Source: Phoronis australis (Eukaryota > Animalia > Phoronida). From it: a stretch of DNA of 64,000 nucleotides. The stretch is from the NCBI GenBank assembly GCA_002633005.1, contig NMRA01000647.1:1-64000 (forward strand). The letters run 5' to 3'. Below, piece after piece: positions 61,001 to 64,000 of this stretch. Below the pieces are notes generated by a model that saw nothing but the letters and a program-made list of their open reading frames with translations, did no database searches and was not told where the DNA came from. The number at the start of each line of letters is the position of its first letter. Within the stretch, counting starts at the first letter, position 1. Made by a program: the position numbers and the translations under genes.

Positions 61001-62019
61001 CAGTCACGGATTATTGGAATTCCTACCGTTTTTCCAACAACGAATGGCCAAGAAAATTCTTTGGCGAAGTCCGGCGCTTGTGTAAATGTCCCTGCTATGA
61101 TTTCGGGATCACCTAGGACGGGTTTTGCTGTCAGTGTAAAGCCCCTAAACATCCTGCCGGACGAAGATTCGATAGTCACTAAAGAAAACGAACAAAATGA
61201 TTATCAGCGTTTATTGCGGTTAACTGAGGTGCATCGATTATTTGCACACGTTTATTGTAGTTGGGACACTGGCGGGAACCATTCCAGAACCCCCCACCCC
61301 CCGCCCAATGAACCCCGCCCCGATGTCATGCCGGGAAACGGTACGTCGTCTGATCAGTTTTGGCGTGCAACTGTTGTATAGGTTGATGTTGAAGCAAATG
61401 GCTAAGTATTTAGAAACATCAAGTCTTCGCAATGAACTTAAAAACTGCAACCCTATTGTATCGGAAGGACTTTTTGCGGAAATGTTGCAAAAGTAGTTTA
61501 AAATCGAGTTGATAGGCCTATTGAAAATGCGGCTCACAAAGTTATCTCATGGACCTGCGCCAGAGCAGATCTTTTTCAAAAGTATTTGGGTAAAGCAAAA
61601 ACGAGCGTGAAGCAGCGTCGCCGTTCATAAGCTGTCCCAGCTCAGACTAATGGAGCAGACGAGACTTGTCCCTAATCCAGTTACGAGTACAAATTGCCAA
61701 AGTATGAATCACAAAACATTTGCGCATTCGAAACATGATGATAACTGCCACGCCCTCAAAAGGTCGCCGTGTGCCATCAAATATTGACATAAATAATTAG
61801 TTATGATTATCAATGCCAGGCTAGCCATATCTCTGTTGATAGGCGTGTTGCTTGTGTAAAACTGCGTATGCTTACCTGTGATGTTGTCTTGAGGACTGTA
61901 CGTGGACTTCGATAGTTTTATTTGAAACGGACAGACTGACGTCTGGGCTTTGGAACCCGAATGTTTAGGGAAGGCGTCCACACACATCTTAAAGGGAGCT
62001 CCCTTTTCGAAGCAGAAAC
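40084..62019 (-). CDS. FRRS1: Putative ferric-chelate reductase 1-like (Reeler + DOMON + cytochrome b561), multi-exon; first coding exon unresolved
   Basis: Phase-compatible exons: 62019-61876 (FEKGAP..C..FPKH), 61178-61027 (FRGFTL..GTF), 58620-58526 (THK..EWQAP..GDVVF), 57279-57180 (YETFWINV), 52860-52660 or 51109-50909 (CGRTKGC..SLGFSHD..M), 52178-52083 or 50421-50326 (GDD..C), 49618-49441 (DGFLYCRF..FDL..AWGP), 48093-47977 (YKH..QAH), 47689-47574 (AWFQ), 47110-47024 (IHR), 46851-46695 (LHAAIG..RPIFTWVH), 45927-45778, 40268-40084 (final TM, TAG). The four b561 histidines and the DOMON Met/His are present. The symbol denotes the family, not proven orthology. Confidence 0.9.
40724..41116. mobile_element. 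MITE copy 2 of the GGGCCCGG family, in the last intron of the FRRS1-like gene
   Basis: Collinear with 3349-3752 (ACTCGAAACGAACTCGAAA..AACTTAAGATAA..GACCCTTATATTCGTGCTA..GTACTCGAGCATAGAATAAT..CCGGGCC). Confidence 0.85.
47190..47286. repeat. Compound (TG)n/(CG)n/(TGCG)n/(TA)n microsatellite, intronic
   Basis: Alternating purine-pyrimidine tract read directly. Confidence 0.95.
48175..49410. repeat. ~620-bp near-identical tandem duplication joined by a single N at 48794 (probable assembly artefact)
   Basis: 48795 restarts AATTCCTATTGGTTGC as at ~48178; only a few substitutions separate the copies. Confidence 0.9.
50185..53694. repeat. ~1.75-kb near-identical tandem duplication joined by a single N at 51941, duplicating two DOMON exons (probable uncollapsed haplotypes)
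   Basis: 50185-51940 versus 51942-53694; ORF pairs 50897/52648 and 50269/52026. Confidence 0.9.
55577..55809. mobile_element. MITE with CAGTGGCAGATCTAC / GTAGATCCGCCTCTG ends and an apparent 5-bp TSD CTGTC
   Basis: 15-bp imperfect TIR with G-run and C-run subterminal motifs; CTGTC at 55572-55576 and 55810-55814. Confidence 0.75.
58143..58509. repeat. ~370-bp palindromic (fold-back) intronic element
   Basis: TTAAAAACCGGACGATCGCCGCACAAATGAAGAAG is perfectly inverted at the right end. A second arm segment, ATCATCAGGATATTT..GGACAACAAGTGCCAACA..CAGGTGACATC..TGAAGTGA, is also inverted. Confidence 0.9.
58185..58227 (-). ncRNA. Minimal type I hammerhead ribozyme-like motif
   Basis: Minus strand reads ATATC-CTGATGA-T-GTCTA-ACGAA-TAGAC-GAAA-CGTT-GAT: both core boxes, a 5-bp stem II, a minimal palindromic stem III and a short stem I (ATC/GAT). 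Confidence 0.6.
59594..59863. mobile_element. MITE with ~55-bp imperfect TIRs
   Basis: Left TCTGTTTCATGAAAGTGACTTAAGG..AGACAGAAGTTTGGTC..GCGCTAC; reverse complement of right end TCTGTTTCACGAAAAGTGACGTAAGG..AGACAGAAATTTGTTC..GCGCTAC. Confidence 0.75.
60696..60845. mobile_element. Short MITE (CATGGACGGCGCAGCA / TGTTGCGCCGTTCATG) with an internally repeated left end
   Basis: 16-bp imperfect TIR; flanks CTGTA and ATGTA; a second left-end-like unit at ~60767. Confidence 0.6.
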
Positions 62020-62606
62020 CTACATAGGTGCAAAACAGAACACCAGGCAAAAGTCACCAATGTGTTTAAAATAGCACCATTTTAGAACTGAGATTACACA
62101 GAACTGAGACTGCTATAGGATGAACAGGGAGGTCGTTAAAGGTTATAGATAAGTATTTAGTCAAATACTTAAAAATCTGTTCAAATCAACTCAGTAAAAG
62201 TACACATTTTCTGAAAGTAGAAAGCCTTTAAATTTTGATTATTGATTTTTACCTTTTAGCAATCATTCGGGAATTGGGTCAAGTGATCATGTCTTTTTAG
62301 TAGGCTAACCGATTTATCAAAAGGTACATTGATAACAAAACAGACGTATCAATAAAAGGGTGAGATTTTACTGTGGTATAAATGTTCAACATAAAGTCTA
62401 AAAAAACGCTGTTACATGTTTCTAAAATATGATTTCGCTTTGGTTTGGGGCAACTTAAGATTTTTCAAGAGAATCCTAGAAGTCTTGATGCCAAAGAGGA
62501 ATATTTTAGAACAAATTCCTAACAGGGTTTTGGAGAACAGTATAAAAGGCAAACTTTCAGATCATTATCGCGTTTTCCCGTTGCTCCCAACTTGTTCGAT
62601 TCTATA

Positions 62607-63999
62607 GCCCAATAACAAGTTGGGAAGAACAACCCTGCAGCCAATGTCTTACACGACTGATTAACTCCATTCTGGCATTGATGGTTGGAGGGTCAGCTCT
62701 CTTTTGTTCGATAATTGCTCTAATCTCCAATAAGGTGGTATCTACCCTGACTGGGCTGTGCCGTTAAAAATAAAAGTTATGTTTTAACATATTTGAATTT
62801 TTCGTCAAATGCTGATCATGTTTAGTTTTTAAATAGCTACAATCGCCCAACTACAACCAAACGTAAGACTATCTAGTCTATCCCAACGTACCAATTCGCT
62901 CTGGGTTTGATTGTGTTAACAAGTGGTCTGTAATAAGCCTGGTAGATAATTGGCCTCCCTGTTGTCATACCAGACAAAAGACTGTGCTTTGAAGTTAACA
63001 AAGAAGCTAGATGCTATCACACGCTCACACCCTTTACGTCTGGTAAAGTCACTGAGCGGGAGAACGCCGTCATTTGAATCCAATCAACCCTTTCTGAAAC
63101 TTGATGTCCCGAAGTGAGCCTATAATTTGGAATAGTTCTCTACGGTCCGCTAGAGGTCACCGTGGCAATTTACTTTAAGTTGATATTTTGTATTCGGACT
63201 AAACTGCTTACCTTCACGAGCCATGTTGATCCCCTCTGTGCAAATTGATACCAAACATCGTAGACCGTTCTGTCAAAGGTCGCATATCATGTGGTAGCCA
63301 ACACAGTCGTGGGCACGTTATTGCAAACACGACACCGCCTTTTATAAGAGTGAAAGGCCGTGACTTTAGGTTGACATTTTATCGTATTTAGACTGAACGA
63401 TTTACTTACTTCGGGCCACGTTAGTAAACTGTGTGCATCTCGAACTAGCACTCGAACACTGGTGGTGCCGATGGGATGGGCTATTAGAATAACCCATTTA
63501 CCGTGACAATACGATGATTATCTGTTAACCAGCAAGCAATGTTGTGTGCGTAAATGATTCCTCACAAAAACTACATGTTTTGGGAGAATTTAACCAGAAC
63601 AGAAGGTTTATTCGTTGTATTGAATTCCAATAAACAATCCTGCAGTACGTATGTGTAATTATTACATCCGAGACAAGCCTAACTACTAACCAACCAATCT
63701 GAACAATTGTGCTGCTAAGCTGATACTTTCGTAGAGTCCATAGCCCATAAAGCGAACCCTTTCAGAGAGAGTGAATTCGGAAAATTCAAGCTTCATAGGG
63801 AATCTGGCCATGAAAAAAGAAAAATAACAATTTAGTCGTTACGCCCTACCTACCAAACAGCACAATACGATCTTATTGGAGATTAGAGCTATTATCGAAC
63901 AAAAGAGAGCTGGCCCTCCAACCATAAATGCCAGAATGGATTTAATCAGTCGTGTAAGATATTGGCTACAGGGGTCATCTTCCCAACTTGTTGTTGGGC
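62607..63999. repeat. ~128-bp long inverted repeat pair (62607-62734 and 63872-63999), either a long-TIR element or two inverted SINE/MITE copies
   Basis: GCCCAATAACAAGTTGGGAAGA..GCCAATGTCTTACACGACTGATTAA..CTCTCTTTTGTTCGATAAT..CTCTAATCTCCAATAAG is inverted at the window end. Confidence 0.85.
63212..63346 (-). promoter_or_regulatory. Candidate TATA box and first exon upstream of the FRRS1-like gene
   Basis: Minus-strand TATAAAAG at 63346-63339, ATG at 63224, and a strong donor GAAG|GTAAGC at 63212 whose phase (1) matches the acceptor at 62019. Confidence 0.4.
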
Positions 64000-64000
64000 C

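Overview
Eukaryotic (animal, probably invertebrate) genomic scaffold with spliceosomal introns, two N gaps (7344-7545, 14810-14976) and three single-N joins (48794, 51941, 60130). The left half is dominated by a ~23-kb DNA transposon (6907-29881) bounded by 35-bp imperfect terminal inverted repeats starting AGG and a TTAA target-site duplication, which is the Kolobok-type signature. It carries a decayed THAP domain and a tandem stack of intron-containing paralogues of a DDE transposase with a DxxH motif. Nested inside it are an intact BEL/Pao LTR retrotransposon (1909-aa polyprotein), a doubly truncated L1/Tx1-like LINE with a 14-bp TSD, and a piggyBac transposase fragment. A decayed Penelope-like element with an inverted terminal duplication follows (32.2-34.8 kb). 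The right half holds one host gene on the minus strand, an FRRS1-like ferric-chelate reductase (Reeler + DOMON + cytochrome b561). I reconstructed it exon by exon, including a probable GC-AG intron, but its N-terminus is unresolved. Its introns contain MITEs and a palindrome carrying a minimal hammerhead ribozyme motif. Two tandem duplications joined by a single N are probably assembly artefacts. All family assignments come from recognising motifs by eye; no database searches were run.
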